DNA of 51,780 bases from Deltaproteobacteria bacterium (GTDB lineage Bacteria; Myxococcota_A; Polyangia; Polyangiales; Houyiibacteriaceae). Shown piece by piece: positions 10,040 through 19,885 of this stretch. The notes under the pieces are model-generated. The model had not been told where the DNA came from, searched no databases, and saw nothing but the letters and a program-made list of their open reading frames with translations. The position numbers and the translations under genes were made by a program. The stretch spans positions 1-51,780 of the forward strand of contig JAXMNT010000055.1 of NCBI GenBank assembly GCA_034670305.1, written 5' to 3'. Every line of letters starts with the position of its first letter. The stretch's first letter is position 1.

Positions 10040-10257
10040 GCGTTCTCGACCGTATCCCGCCGGCACGCGCCCGGGCGCCGTTGTCCTGGAGACCAGCGCG
10101 CGCGGTGCGTCGCCGATTGCGCACTTCGAGCACATTTCGCGAACCCCGTGAGAACGCCTGCAACGCCCGCTTCGCACCTCAGGGACGGACCGGCGGTTGC
10201 TCTGTGAGTGGCAAGGCGCTGCGGCGCTCCGAACTTTCTCAGACTTGGAGATGGACG

Positions 10258-11103
10258 ATGAAACCCACTGAAAAACTCACGACCAAGGTCATGCACACCT
10301 TCGCGCGAAACGGCCTGCTCTGGGTGGCGGCCTTCCTCGGGGTGCTCTGCTGGTGTGGCGGCGCGCGCGCCGATGCACCGTGCCCTGCGTGGACCGATTG
10401 CGCCGATGGCACGTCGGTCCTCGCGGCCGAGGCCGCGGAACCCGAGCCTGCACCCGCCGAAGCGGTGGTGCATCGCGCGCCACCGAGCTCCGGCATCGGC
10501 GTCGACGAAGACTCGGACGAAGCGCCCGCGCCGATCGACGAGCGCAACATCGCCGCCTGGGATCACTTCGAGTTCTCGATGGGGTTCATCGCCGGCGCAC
10601 GCGACTACTCCGCGCACACCTACGAAGGCACCCACCGCTTCGACCCCGCCATCTTCGCCGGCACGCCCTTCGGCAACACCGAGGCGTACGGTCTGCGCTA
10701 CGACGTGCGGCTCGTGGTCTGGTACCTGCGCATGACCGCCGGCGTCGACCTGCCCTTCGCGAGCTACGACGTCGAGAACACCCGCATCAACATCGACGGT
10801 CAGGACGCGCTCGTGACTGGGATGAAGAACTGGGCCTTCCACTTCGGCATCGGCGCCGAGTACCCGTTCGGTCCCGTCGCGCCCTTCGTCGACGTCCTCG
10901 GCGGTCTCTCGTTCGCGAAACCGACCATCGCGATGGGCGGCGAAGAAGAAGAGCTCCGCGGCCAGACCTTCGGGTTCACGGTGCGCGCCGGTCTGCGCCT
11001 CCACGTACGCAAGTGGTTCTTCGCCTCGATCAGCGGCGAAGCGGGCATCGTCGGCGACGTGCAATGGGGCACGGAGCTGAGCGTGGGCTTCGCGGTGATG
11101 TAG
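10258..11103 (+). CDS. Secreted protein, probable small outer-membrane beta-barrel
   Basis: Signal-peptide-like N-terminus ending ARA; alternating amphipathic strands (FHFGIGAEY, FTVRAGLRL, ELSVGFAVM). Start 10258 or 10291. Confidence 0.65.
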   Translation: MKPTEKLTTKVMHTFARNGLLWVAAFLGVLCWCGGARADAPCPAWTDCADGTSVLAAEAAEPEPAPAEAVVHRAPPSSGIGVDEDSDEAPAPIDERNIAAWDHFEFSMGFIAGARDYSAHTYEGTHRFDPAIFAGTPFGNTEAYGLRYDVRLVVWYLRMTAGVDLPFASYDVENTRINIDGQDALVTGMKNWAFHFGIGAEYPFGPVAPFVDVLGGLSFAKPTIAMGGEEEELRGQTFGFTVRAGLRLHVRKWFFASISGEAGIVGDVQWGTELSVGFAVM

Positions 11104-11121
11104 GCGGCGGAAGCAGCCCAG

Positions 11122-11305
<184 letters not shown>

Positions 11306-11306
<1 letters not shown>

Positions 11307-11348
11307 ACCGGAGGCGTCCCCGATCGCGGATCGGGGACGCCTCCGGTT
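11306..11348. terminator. Perfect 20-bp hairpin, probable bidirectional terminator
   Basis: AACCGGAGGCGTCCCCGATC-gcg-GATCGGGGACGCCTCCGGTT, 3 nt beyond the stop of the response regulator. Confidence 0.75.
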
Positions 11349-11351
11349 GAG

Positions 11352-12707
11352 TCAGTCCTCTTTCTCCGCCCCCAGCTTCCGGTAGATCGTCCGCGCAGAG
11401 ATGCCGAGCAACTGGGCCGCCAGCTGCTTGTCGCCGCCGGTGTGTTCGAGCGTGCGATGAATGACGCGGCGTTCGATCTCGTGCAGCGGGGTGCCGAGCG
11501 GGAAGTTGAGGTGTTCGTCGCGCGGCTCCGCGTTGGCGATCGACGCGGGAAGGTCTTCCACCTCCAGCGTCTCGCGGCGGCAGAGCACGACGGCCCGTTC
11601 GATCACGTTCTCGAGTTCACGCACGTTGCCCGGCCAGTCGTACGCCACGAGTTGATCCAGCGTGGGCCGCGCCATGGTCAGCGGCTCGCGGCCGTTCTTG
11701 CGCGAGTACACCTCGAGAAAATGATCGACGAGCAGCGGAATGTCGTCGCGCCGATCGCGAAGCGGCGGGCTCGTCACCGCGATGACGTTGAGGCGGTAGT
11801 AGAGGTCCTCGCGGAACTCACCGCTCTCGACCGCGGCGCGCAGGTCGCGGTTCGTCGCCGCGATCAAACGGAACTCCGCCTGTTCGCTCTTGCCGCCGAG
11901 CGGCTCGTAGACGCGTTCCTGGAGCACGCGCAAGAGCTTCACCTGGACTGCCGGCGAGAGCTCTCCGATCTCATCGAGGAAGAGGGTGCCGCCGGTGGCT
12001 TGCGCGATGCGCCCCACCCGCTTCGCGACCGCGCCGGTGAACGCGCCCTTCTCGTGCCCGAAGAGTTCGGACTCGAGAATGGTCTCGGGGAGCGCCGCCA
12101 AGTTCACCGCAACGAAGGGACCTTCGAGTCCGCTGCGTTCGTGCACGTGGCGCGCGAGCAGCTCCTTGCCGGTGCCGCTCTCGCCGAAGACGAGCACGGT
12201 CGCGGTCGAAGGCGCGGCCTGGGTCGCGATCTCGAGCGCAGCCCGCAAGGACGACGACGAGCCCACGATGCGGCGCGAGGTGGCACCCCGCAGTGCGCTG
12301 AGTTCTTTGCGCAGGGTGCGGTTCTCTTCGACGAGCGCGTGGCGCTCGGCCGCCTTGCGCACGGTCTTGACGATCTGCAGCCGCCGAAGCGGCTTCTCGA
12401 CGAAGTCGTAGGCACCTGCCCGCATCGCTTCGACCGCGGTTTCGATCGTGCCGTGGGCGGTCATCACCACCACCTCGGCGTCGGGCGCGACGGTCGCGAG
12501 GGCCTTGATGAGATCGATCCCGCTCATGCGCGGCATCATCAGATCGGTGAGCACGACGTGGACCCGGTGCTGGCGACACAGCTCGAGCGCCTCCTGAGCG
12601 CTCGCCGCCGTCAGCGCGCGCACCCCTTCCTTCTGGAAGATCTTCCGGAGGGAGGTGAGGTTCGAATCTTCGTCGTCGACGATGACGACGGTCGTCTCGG
12701 GCCGCAT
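11352..12707 (-). CDS. Sigma-54-dependent response regulator (NtrC/AtoC family: REC-AAA-Fis HTH)
   Basis: VIVDDE, TDLMMP, GESGTGKEL, ESELFGHEKGAFTGA, LFLDEIGE, WPGNVRELEN and C-terminal HTH. Alternative start GTG 12773 has a GGAG upstream. Confidence 0.95.
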   Translation of the reverse strand: MRPETTVVIVDDEDSNLTSLRKIFQKEGVRALTAASAQEALELCRQHRVHVVLTDLMMPRMSGIDLIKALATVAPDAEVVVMTAHGTIETAVEAMRAGAYDFVEKPLRRLQIVKTVRKAAERHALVEENRTLRKELSALRGATSRRIVGSSSSLRAALEIATQAAPSTATVLVFGESGTGKELLARHVHERSGLEGPFVAVNLAALPETILESELFGHEKGAFTGAVAKRVGRIAQATGGTLFLDEIGELSPAVQVKLLRVLQERVYEPLGGKSEQAEFRLIAATNRDLRAAVESGEFREDLYYRLNVIAVTSPPLRDRRDDIPLLVDHFLEVYSRKNGREPLTMARPTLDQLVAYDWPGNVRELENVIERAVVLCRRETLEVEDLPASIANAEPRDEHLNFPLGTPLHEIERRVIHRTLEHTGGDKQLAAQLLGISARTIYRKLGAEKED

Positions 12708-12799
12708 CGCGGGGGACGAATCGCGCCTCGCGGAAGGATCGGAGACGGGTGGATGGGAGAGCTCGGGTGACACGTTGGCTCCAAGGCTAAGCGGGATTT

Positions 12800-12828
12800 G
12801 ACAGATTGTCTCAGAGAGACGTTTTGTC
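12800..12828. promoter_or_regulatory. Candidate autoregulatory operator pair
   Basis: GACAGATTGTC (12800-12810) and GACGTTTTGTC (12818-12828), just upstream of a TAGCCT -10-like box (12789-12784, minus strand). Confidence 0.5.
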
Positions 12829-12941
12829 ATCTTCGATTGCCCGGGAAACCGATCGTCCGACGATGACAGGCCATAGCTCTGCATTCGCCATGCCGAATCT
12901 CTCGCTCGCGGGGGGCTTCGGCGCGCGCAGCAGTTCGAACG

Positions 12942-13910
12942 CTATTCGGAGGTCAGTCGTTCCAGCACCTCCACGAAGATCGGGGGCGGCTCGACCACCA
13001 GCTTCTGCCCTTCCACCCTCGACGGAATCCGGACGAAGCGCTCGGCCAGTGGTCCGGTCTCGCCTCGGTACAGGTAGATCTGGTCGCTGATCGAGCCGGG
13101 ACCCTCGCGGTAGAGCCCTTGGATCTTGGGAAGCAGGGCGTTCACCGCCACGATCGCCTCGGCTCCAAGCAAGTCGTAGACGAGCAGACAGTGGCGGTGT
13201 GGGACGGCGACCAGCAACCCCTCGGGCGGCACATCCCGGAGCGCGGCCAGCCGCATGAGGTGGGAAGCCACGAAGAAGTTGTCGCCGTAGTACGCCGTCG
13301 CGGGCGCCCCCACTGGGAGTGGCAACTCGGTCGCCGAGACGGGATCCTGGCTCGCCACGTTCTCGATCGCCGTCGTGAGCAGGGCCGCGTCCGGCACCGA
13401 CCACTTGGACCGTTGATCGTCGGCGACCGTGACGACCGAGGTCGGCAGATCGAGCACGAGCACGGCGAGCAGATCATCGCCCACGGCCCACGTGGTGAAC
13501 TGAGTTTCGATGGTCTTTCCCGCGGGAAGCACACCGGAAAGCGACTCGGTGCGGTAGAGCCGGACTTTCAGGTGGGGCCGCACCGATTCGAAGTCCTCCA
13601 GCTTCTCGTCCAGCGCCCCCACCTCGGACCGACTGGTGACGATGGCATCGAAGTGGCCCCGCACGACGCCTGGCCAAAGAAACGTGCCCCCGGCGGAATG
13701 GCACTTCTGCGCGAGGTTCTGCAGGCCGAGTTGGTTCGCGCTGTCGGTCTCGAGCCGCACCACTCCGTCGTCGATCGTGTGGGGCAAACCACGCCGCGTC
13801 AGATCTGCGGCCACGACTTCGAGAAAGCGTCGGTACTCGGTGCCAGTGAAGAACGAAGCCCAGGTGGGTGCAGGCGGATCGTCGGTCGGTTGGTTGTTCC
13901 AGTGTTTCAT
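12942..13910 (-). CDS. Hypothetical protein (possibly DUF1444-like)
   Basis: 322-aa ORF with coherent composition; LAVLVLDLPTSV..W...A..N and LLVAVPHRH segments resemble DUF1444-type proteins. Confidence 0.6.
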   Translation of the reverse strand: MKHWNNQPTDDPPAPTWASFFTGTEYRRFLEVVAADLTRRGLPHTIDDGVVRLETDSANQLGLQNLAQKCHSAGGTFLWPGVVRGHFDAIVTSRSEVGALDEKLEDFESVRPHLKVRLYRTESLSGVLPAGKTIETQFTTWAVGDDLLAVLVLDLPTSVVTVADDQRSKWSVPDAALLTTAIENVASQDPVSATELPLPVGAPATAYYGDNFFVASHLMRLAALRDVPPEGLLVAVPHRHCLLVYDLLGAEAIVAVNALLPKIQGLYREGPGSISDQIYLYRGETGPLAERFVRIPSRVEGQKLVVEPPPIFVEVLERLTSE

Positions 13911-14023
13911 CGGAGATTGGTGTACCGCGCGTGCCCCATTCCGGCTTCCCTGAATTCGCCTGCAGGCTGCGCCTCATTCGGGCCGCCCTTGCGAAAAACC
14001 GCGCTTCCGCGACCAACTTCGCT

Positions 14024-14075
14024 GCCAGTTTGTCAGCCGCCCAGCACACCCTCCGAGGCTGGGTGCCAGCTTGTC
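14024..14075. promoter_or_regulatory. Candidate enhancer (UAS) pair for the T2SS operon
   Basis: GCCAGTTTGTC (14024-14034) and GCCAGCTTGTC (14065-14075), 41 bp apart. Confidence 0.55.
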
Positions 14076-14142
14076 GGAACGGGCCATCCTGCACACCGGA
14101 GCCACTTCGAATTCCCCTGGAAACATGGACATTCGTCAGCTA

Positions 14143-14157
14143 GGCACGGGCGTTGCT
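14143..14157 (+). promoter_or_regulatory. Sigma-54 (-24/-12) promoter of the T2SS operon
   Basis: GGCACGGGCGTTGCT with exact GG-N10-GC spacing, about 27 nt before the GTG start and its GGAG. Confidence 0.75.
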
Positions 14158-14183
14158 CTCTCCTGCGACAACTGGAGTATTTG

Positions 14184-15176
14184 GTGGCTGATCCCCGACA
14201 GAAGTACGTCGCGCTCGCGATCGTGCTTTCGACCCTCGCCTCGACGGCGTTCTTCCTCGCGCAGGGGACGACGGGAATTCTTGCGGCCACCTTCCTCGAG
14301 GTCGAGCCCACCGCAGGCGCAGCGCCCGCCCTCTCCTCCACGACCGCGACCGGCACCCGGACGCGCGACGACACCGGCATCCTCCGGAGGAACATCTTCG
14401 ACGCCGAGCAGGGTCCGCTCGATGGGGAACCGGTCCAGGCGGCCGACGAGATCGAGATCGAAGAGCCCGTCGAGGAGTGGGATCCGAACCAGCCGCCGCC
14501 CACCTGCGAAGGCAGCATCCGGCTGGTCGCATCGGTGGTGAATCCGCGGCGCGAGGACTGGTCGTTCGCGGCGATCATCGGGGCGAGCGGCACCGCGCGT
14601 CTCTTTCGTCAAGGACAGTCCGTGGACGACAACCAGGTCGTCATGGTGCTGCCGAACCGGGTGTACCTCCGGCCCACTTCGGGACGGGTCTGCCAGATCG
14701 CCATGTTCAACGACGGGGAGGTTCCCGTCGTGGCCTCCCGCACCGCACGGTCCACGACCGTGATGGCCAGCGAACCCACCGAGCGGCCCGAGCGGCCGAG
14801 CCGCGAAGGCTCGATCAGCTCGTCGGATCTCGAGACCGGCATCACCCGCAACTCCGACAGCAACTTCACGATCCAGCGCGGGCTGGTCGACCAGATCCTC
14901 CAGAACCAGGCCGAGCTCATGCGGACCGCCCGCATCATTCCGCACGAAGAAGACGGCCGAGTCGTCGGCGTCAAGATGTACGGCATCCGCCGGAACAGTT
15001 TGCTCGGGCGCCTCGGTGTCCAAAACGGCGACATGCTCCGCACCATCAACGGCTACGACATGAGCAGCCCCGACAGCGCGCTCGAAGCCTACGCGCGGCT
15101 ACGCACCGCAGACCATCTCACCCTCGCCATCGTGCGCCGCGGATCACCCGCGACGATCGACTACAACATTCAGTAA
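14184..15176 (+). CDS. gspC: Type II secretion system protein C (PDZ-containing)
   Basis: N-terminal TM, ILRRNIFD, PDZ-like C-terminus; first gene before the secretin; GGAG 6 nt before the GTG. Confidence 0.88.
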   Translation: MADPRQKYVALAIVLSTLASTAFFLAQGTTGILAATFLEVEPTAGAAPALSSTTATGTRTRDDTGILRRNIFDAEQGPLDGEPVQAADEIEIEEPVEEWDPNQPPPTCEGSIRLVASVVNPRREDWSFAAIIGASGTARLFRQGQSVDDNQVVMVLPNRVYLRPTSGRVCQIAMFNDGEVPVVASRTARSTTVMASEPTERPERPSREGSISSSDLETGITRNSDSNFTIQRGLVDQILQNQAELMRTARIIPHEEDGRVVGVKMYGIRRNSLLGRLGVQNGDMLRTINGYDMSSPDSALEAYARLRTADHLTLAIVRRGSPATIDYNIQ

Positions 15177-15190
15177 CGGCCATCGTTTCG

Positions 15191-17845
15191 ATGAAGCTCC
15201 AACACGCACTCCCCCTCCTCTCCTCGGCCGCCTCCTTCATGGTGCTCGGCATGGCACTCAGCAGTGCCGATGCGCAGCCGCAGGAGAACCAGGCACGCCC
15301 GAACGTTCGCGTTCGGGCCACCCCCAACAAGACGATTCGCACCCCGCGCATCACCCCCGCCCAGCGGGTTCAGCAGCAAGGCGGCACCAACGCCGGCGGT
15401 GGGGCAGGCGAAGAAGAGGAAGAGGGCGGGACCGCAGGCGCGATCACCGAGTTCGAGACGGGCGTCGAGTACGAGCCGGTGTCGCCGCGCACGCGCGTCA
15501 CGTTCAACCTCGAGGAGGCCGACCTTCCCGATCTCGTCCGGCTCATCTCCAACCTGACCGGCAAACGTTTCATCCTTCCGGGCAAGGTCCGCAGCATCAA
15601 GGCCACCGTCTTCGCGCCGACCAAGGTCAGCGTGAACGAGGCCTACAACGCGTTCCTCTCCATCCTCGAGGTCAACGGACTGACCGTGGTTCCGGCCGGC
15701 CGCTACCTGAAGATCATGGAGAGCACGAACATCGAGAACCAGCCGGTGCCGCTCTACACCGGTGGCTCGGGCACGCCTACGCAGGACCGGTTCGTCACGC
15801 GGCTGCACCGCGTCACGAATGTGTCTGCGGAGGACGTCGCGACGTTGCTCGGTCGATTCAAGTCCCAGGCGGGCAGTGTCACCGCGTACGCGCCGACGAA
15901 CACGCTCATCATCACCGACACCGGCACCCAGATCCGGCGCATGTTGCGGCTCATCGAAGCGGTCGACATCGCGCGCACTGGTGAGCAGATCTGGATCGAA
16001 CCGATCCACTACGCGGACGCCGCCGAGATCGCCAGCAAGCTGCAAGAGATCTTCCCGTCCGCCGCCGGAACCAGTGGCGCCGCCAGCGCGCCCGCGGCCC
16101 GTCCGACCGCCCCGCGTCGCAGCAAACGCGCCACCGCGACCGCCACACCGCAACAGGCCGGCGGGGGCACGACGACGGTCGGCACGCGGACCGGCGAGAG
16201 CCGCATCACGAACATCCTCTCCGACGAGCGCACCAACTCGCTCATCATCCTCGCCACCGAACGCGCGTACCTCCGCATCCTCGAGATGATCCGTCGCCTC
16301 GACGTGCCGCTCGAAGGCGAAGGCCGCATCCACGTGCACTACGTGCAAAACGGCGACGCAGAAGAGATCGCCAGCACGCTTCAGAGCTTGATCGGCGGCG
16401 GCAGCGGTTCGAGTTCGCGCACACCCTCCAAGGCGGGCACGACCAAACGGGCGTCGGCCACCTCGGCGGGCAGCGGCGGACTGCCGGATCTCTTCGAAGG
16501 CGAAATCCGCGTCACGACGCACACCCCGACCAACGCGCTCGTCATCACCTCGTCCCTGCACGACTACGCGTCCTTGCGCCGGGTGATCGAACGGCTCGAC
16601 CGACCGCGGCGGCAGGTGTTCATCGAAGCGGTCGTGATGGAGCTCTCGCTCAGCCGCTCACAGCAGCTCGGTCTGAGTTTTCACGGCGGCGTGCCCGACC
16701 CGGCCGGCGAGGGCTCGCTCTCGATCCTCGGATTCGACGCGGGCTCCTCGCTCGCGTTTCCCGCCGACCAGAGTCTGCTCTCCGGTCTTGCGGTCGGTCT
16801 GCGCGGTCCGGACGTCGAGACCTCCGTGACCATTCCTGGCCTCGGCACCGGACTCTCGATTCCGAGCTTCGGCGTGGTGCTCAGCGCGCTCGCGACGAGC
16901 AGCGACGTGAACGTACTCTCGACGCCCCACATCATCGCGATGGACAACGTGCAGGCCGAGATCAACATCGGTCAGAACGTGCCGCTGCAGACCTCGGGCA
17001 TCGCGCCCGGTTCGTTTGGCGGCGGTGGCCTCGGTGCGCTCGGCGCGCTCGCAGGTGCCCAGGGCGGCGCCGGCGCGCTCGGTGCGCTCAGTGGGCTCGG
17101 CGGCGGTGGAGGTTTCGGCGTGCCGCGTCAGGACGTCGGCACGATCATTCGCATCACTCCCCACATCAACGAACACGATGAGATCCGGCTCGAGATCGAA
17201 GAAGAGATCTCCGAAGTCGGCACCGCGCAGGGCGACCTCGGCGTCGTGCCCATCAACCGCAACACCGCGAAGACGGAGCTGATGGTCCGCGACCAGCAGA
17301 CGGTGGTGATCGGTGGACTCACCCGCGAGACGGTGACCACCAGCGAGACCAAGGTGCCGATCCTCGGCGACATCCCGCTGCTCGGGGCGCTCTTCCGGAG
17401 CACCAACCGCCAGCGCCAGAAGCGCAACCTCCTGCTCTTCCTCTCCCCGTACATCATCCGCGACATGAGCGACCTGCGCGCCATCTACGAGCGCAAGATG
17501 CGGGAGCGTCAGGAGTTCCTGGACCGGTACTTCGTCTTCGGCGACCACGAATACGAGCCGCCGGTCGACTACTCGCGCACCCGCGGCCTCGTGGCCGAGA
17601 TCATCCGCGAGCTCGACGAGATCGACACCGAAGCGGAACTCCAGGCCGCCATCCGCGCCGAGCCGCCGCCCGAACACGTGGTGCGACCTCCGGTCGGGGT
17701 GTTCGAACGGGATGAAGAGTCGGAAGGCGACGTCGTGATCGTGCCCGACAGCGACGACCAGGACGAGGGTGGGGACTTACCCACGCCACCCGATCCCACG
17801 TCCCCGATCAGCGTACCGATCGGGGAGGTGGAGGAGAACGAGTGA
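15191..17845 (+). CDS. gspD: Type II secretion system secretin D
   Basis: Signal peptide; N0 (FNLEEADL), N-domains (TNTLII, ERTNSLII, TNALVI), RRQVFIEAVVME, STPHI, KVPILGDIPLLGALF. Confidence 0.95.
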   Translation: MKLQHALPLLSSAASFMVLGMALSSADAQPQENQARPNVRVRATPNKTIRTPRITPAQRVQQQGGTNAGGGAGEEEEEGGTAGAITEFETGVEYEPVSPRTRVTFNLEEADLPDLVRLISNLTGKRFILPGKVRSIKATVFAPTKVSVNEAYNAFLSILEVNGLTVVPAGRYLKIMESTNIENQPVPLYTGGSGTPTQDRFVTRLHRVTNVSAEDVATLLGRFKSQAGSVTAYAPTNTLIITDTGTQIRRMLRLIEAVDIARTGEQIWIEPIHYADAAEIASKLQEIFPSAAGTSGAASAPAARPTAPRRSKRATATATPQQAGGGTTTVGTRTGESRITNILSDERTNSLIILATERAYLRILEMIRRLDVPLEGEGRIHVHYVQNGDAEEIASTLQSLIGGGSGSSSRTPSKAGTTKRASATSAGSGGLPDLFEGEIRVTTHTPTNALVITSSLHDYASLRRVIERLDRPRRQVFIEAVVMELSLSRSQQLGLSFHGGVPDPAGEGSLSILGFDAGSSLAFPADQSLLSGLAVGLRGPDVETSVTIPGLGTGLSIPSFGVVLSALATSSDVNVLSTPHIIAMDNVQAEINIGQNVPLQTSGIAPGSFGGGGLGALGALAGAQGGAGALGALSGLGGGGGFGVPRQDVGTIIRITPHINEHDEIRLEIEEEISEVGTAQGDLGVVPINRNTAKTELMVRDQQTVVIGGLTRETVTTSETKVPILGDIPLLGALFRSTNRQRQKRNLLLFLSPYIIRDMSDLRAIYERKMRERQEFLDRYFVFGDHEYEPPVDYSRTRGLVAEIIRELDEIDTEAELQAAIRAEPPPEHVVRPPVGVFERDEESEGDVVIVPDSDDQDEGGDLPTPPDPTSPISVPIGEVEENE

Positions 17846-19857
17846 TGCCGGATCCCACGACGAACGCTGGGGTTCACGCCGTCGCGACCACACCGTCGAC
17901 CGCGCCTCCGGTCGACACGACCGGACTCGACTACCTCGGCTCCATCGTGGCTCGGCGCGGGCTGCTCGATCTCGAGAAGCTCCGTGAACTGACGGCCACC
18001 GCCGAAGAGCGCGGGGTCGAGCTCATCGACGTGCTGCGGGCCACGCGGATCATCGAAGAAGTGGAGCTGGTGCACGCCTTGGCGGACGAGGTCGGCATGC
18101 CCTTCCTCGAGAAGATCGACACGACGACCATTCCCGAGATCTTCGTAGAGCTCGTGCCGATCAACTTCGCACGCCAGCAGAAGATCCTCCCGATCGGCGA
18201 AGACGGGGACACGGTCATCGCCGCGATCGCAGACCCCTTCGACGTCGAGACCCCGGACGACCTCCGTGCGCTCCTGCACCGCGACGTGGAGCTCGTCGCC
18301 GCGACCACCGAGTCGATCGACGACGCGATCAACCGGCTCTACGAGCGCAAGGACGACTCCGCGCTCGGCGACCGGGAAGAAGAAGAGACCGACGAGCTGC
18401 AGGACCTGCTCGACGCGAACGACGAAGCGCCGGTCATCCGGTTCGTCAACAACCTCTTCTGGTCTTCCATCAAGGAGCGTGCGTCCGACATCCACATCGA
18501 GCCTCTGGATGACAAGGTCATCGTCCGGTACCGGATCGACGGCCGCCTGGTGCCGCGCCGAGAAGCCCCGAAGGGCGCTCTGGCGGCGATCATCGCGCGC
18601 GTGAAGATCGAAGCCGGTCTCAACATCGCCGAGAAGCGCCTCCCACAGGATGGCCGCATCACGAAGAAGATCGCCGGCAAGGTGATCGACGTGCGTGTGA
18701 GCACCATCCCGACGGCGCGCGGCGAGAGCGTCGTGATGCGTCTGCTCGACAAAGAGAACATCGAACTCGATCTCATGGACCTCGGCTTCGCCCGGCGCGA
18801 ACTCGACGCGTGGCAGCACTTGGTCGGTCGCCCGAACGGCATCCTGCTCGTCACCGGGCCGACCGGCAGCGGCAAGACGACGACGCTCTACGCGTCGCTC
18901 AACCGCATCAACACCCCGGACCGCAAGATCCTCACCGCCGAAGACCCGGTCGAGTACGAGCTGCGCGGCATCAACCAGCTCCAGGTCCGGACCAAGATCG
19001 GTCTGACCTTCGCATCGGCGCTGCGCGCGTTCCTTCGTCAGGATCCCGACGTGATCATGGTCGGTGAGATCCGCGACAAGGACACCGCGGACCTCGCGAT
19101 TCAGGCGTCTCTGACGGGTCACTTGGTGCTCAGCACGCTCCACACGAACGACGCGCCCGGCGCAGTGAACCGGCTCATCGACATGGGCGTGCAGCCTTTC
19201 CAGATCAGCTCGACGGTGCTCGGCATCTTGGCGCAGCGTCTGGTCCGGCAGCTGTGTGGCCACTGCAAGCAGCCCTACCAGGCGACCCCCGAGAAGCTGA
19301 TGGAGCTCGGCATCGACATGAGCCGCGTCGACGAGGTGCTCGAGCAACTCGAAGCGGCCGCTCGAACCACCGTGCTGGGTCGCAATGCGCCGGCTTCCCA
19401 GCCGCCGAAGGAGCCCGACTGGCTCGACGACTCGGCCTTGGAAGACGACGACGGCGCGTTCCCCGAGGAGCCCACCACTGTGCGCGCTCTGGCCGACATC
19501 GTCGTCGGCGACGGCATCGGCGACGCGCACATGCTGCCTCCGGCCACGGCAGACGCGACGACCACCGCGGCGTTTGGCGGAAGTGGCCGCCCACTGCCGA
19601 CCTTCTACAAACCGGTCGGCTGCGAAGAGTGCAGCTCCACGGGTTACCGCGGGCGCATGGGCATCTTCGAGCTGATGTTGATCGACTCGCCGGTGCGCGC
19701 GGAGATCCTCAAGAAGAGCGACAGCAAGACCATCGCCAAGGTCGCGCAGCGGCACGGCATGCGCGTGCTGCGCGACGATGGCGCCCGGCAGGTGCTCGCC
19801 GGCGTGACGAGCGTCGAAGAGGTCCTGGCCGCAACCCAGGCAGGCGAGGTCGAATGA
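17845..19857 (+). CDS. gspE: Type II secretion system ATPase E
   Basis: ASDIHIEP, RLPQDGRI, Walker A GPTGSGKT, LRQDPDVIMVGEIRD, TGHLVLSTLHTND; two CxxC motifs. Confidence 0.96.
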   Translation: MPDPTTNAGVHAVATTPSTAPPVDTTGLDYLGSIVARRGLLDLEKLRELTATAEERGVELIDVLRATRIIEEVELVHALADEVGMPFLEKIDTTTIPEIFVELVPINFARQQKILPIGEDGDTVIAAIADPFDVETPDDLRALLHRDVELVAATTESIDDAINRLYERKDDSALGDREEEETDELQDLLDANDEAPVIRFVNNLFWSSIKERASDIHIEPLDDKVIVRYRIDGRLVPRREAPKGALAAIIARVKIEAGLNIAEKRLPQDGRITKKIAGKVIDVRVSTIPTARGESVVMRLLDKENIELDLMDLGFARRELDAWQHLVGRPNGILLVTGPTGSGKTTTLYASLNRINTPDRKILTAEDPVEYELRGINQLQVRTKIGLTFASALRAFLRQDPDVIMVGEIRDKDTADLAIQASLTGHLVLSTLHTNDAPGAVNRLIDMGVQPFQISSTVLGILAQRLVRQLCGHCKQPYQATPEKLMELGIDMSRVDEVLEQLEAAARTTVLGRNAPASQPPKEPDWLDDSALEDDDGAFPEEPTTVRALADIVVGDGIGDAHMLPPATADATTTAAFGGSGRPLPTFYKPVGCEECSSTGYRGRMGIFELMLIDSPVRAEILKKSDSKTIAKVAQRHGMRVLRDDGARQVLAGVTSVEEVLAATQAGEVE

Positions 19858-19885
19858 AGGACCCGCGCAGCAAGCGAGGCGTCTG

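Noticed and set aside
10209-10223. TGGCAAGGCGCTGC as a sigma-54 promoter for the beta-barrel gene
   Set aside because: GG-to-GC spacing is one base short of the strict requirement.
13119-14183. N-terminal extension of the 685-aa gspC ORF (likewise 14477-15190 for gspD)
   Set aside because: Overlaps real genes and the promoter region; the RBS, TM and signal peptide indicate later starts.
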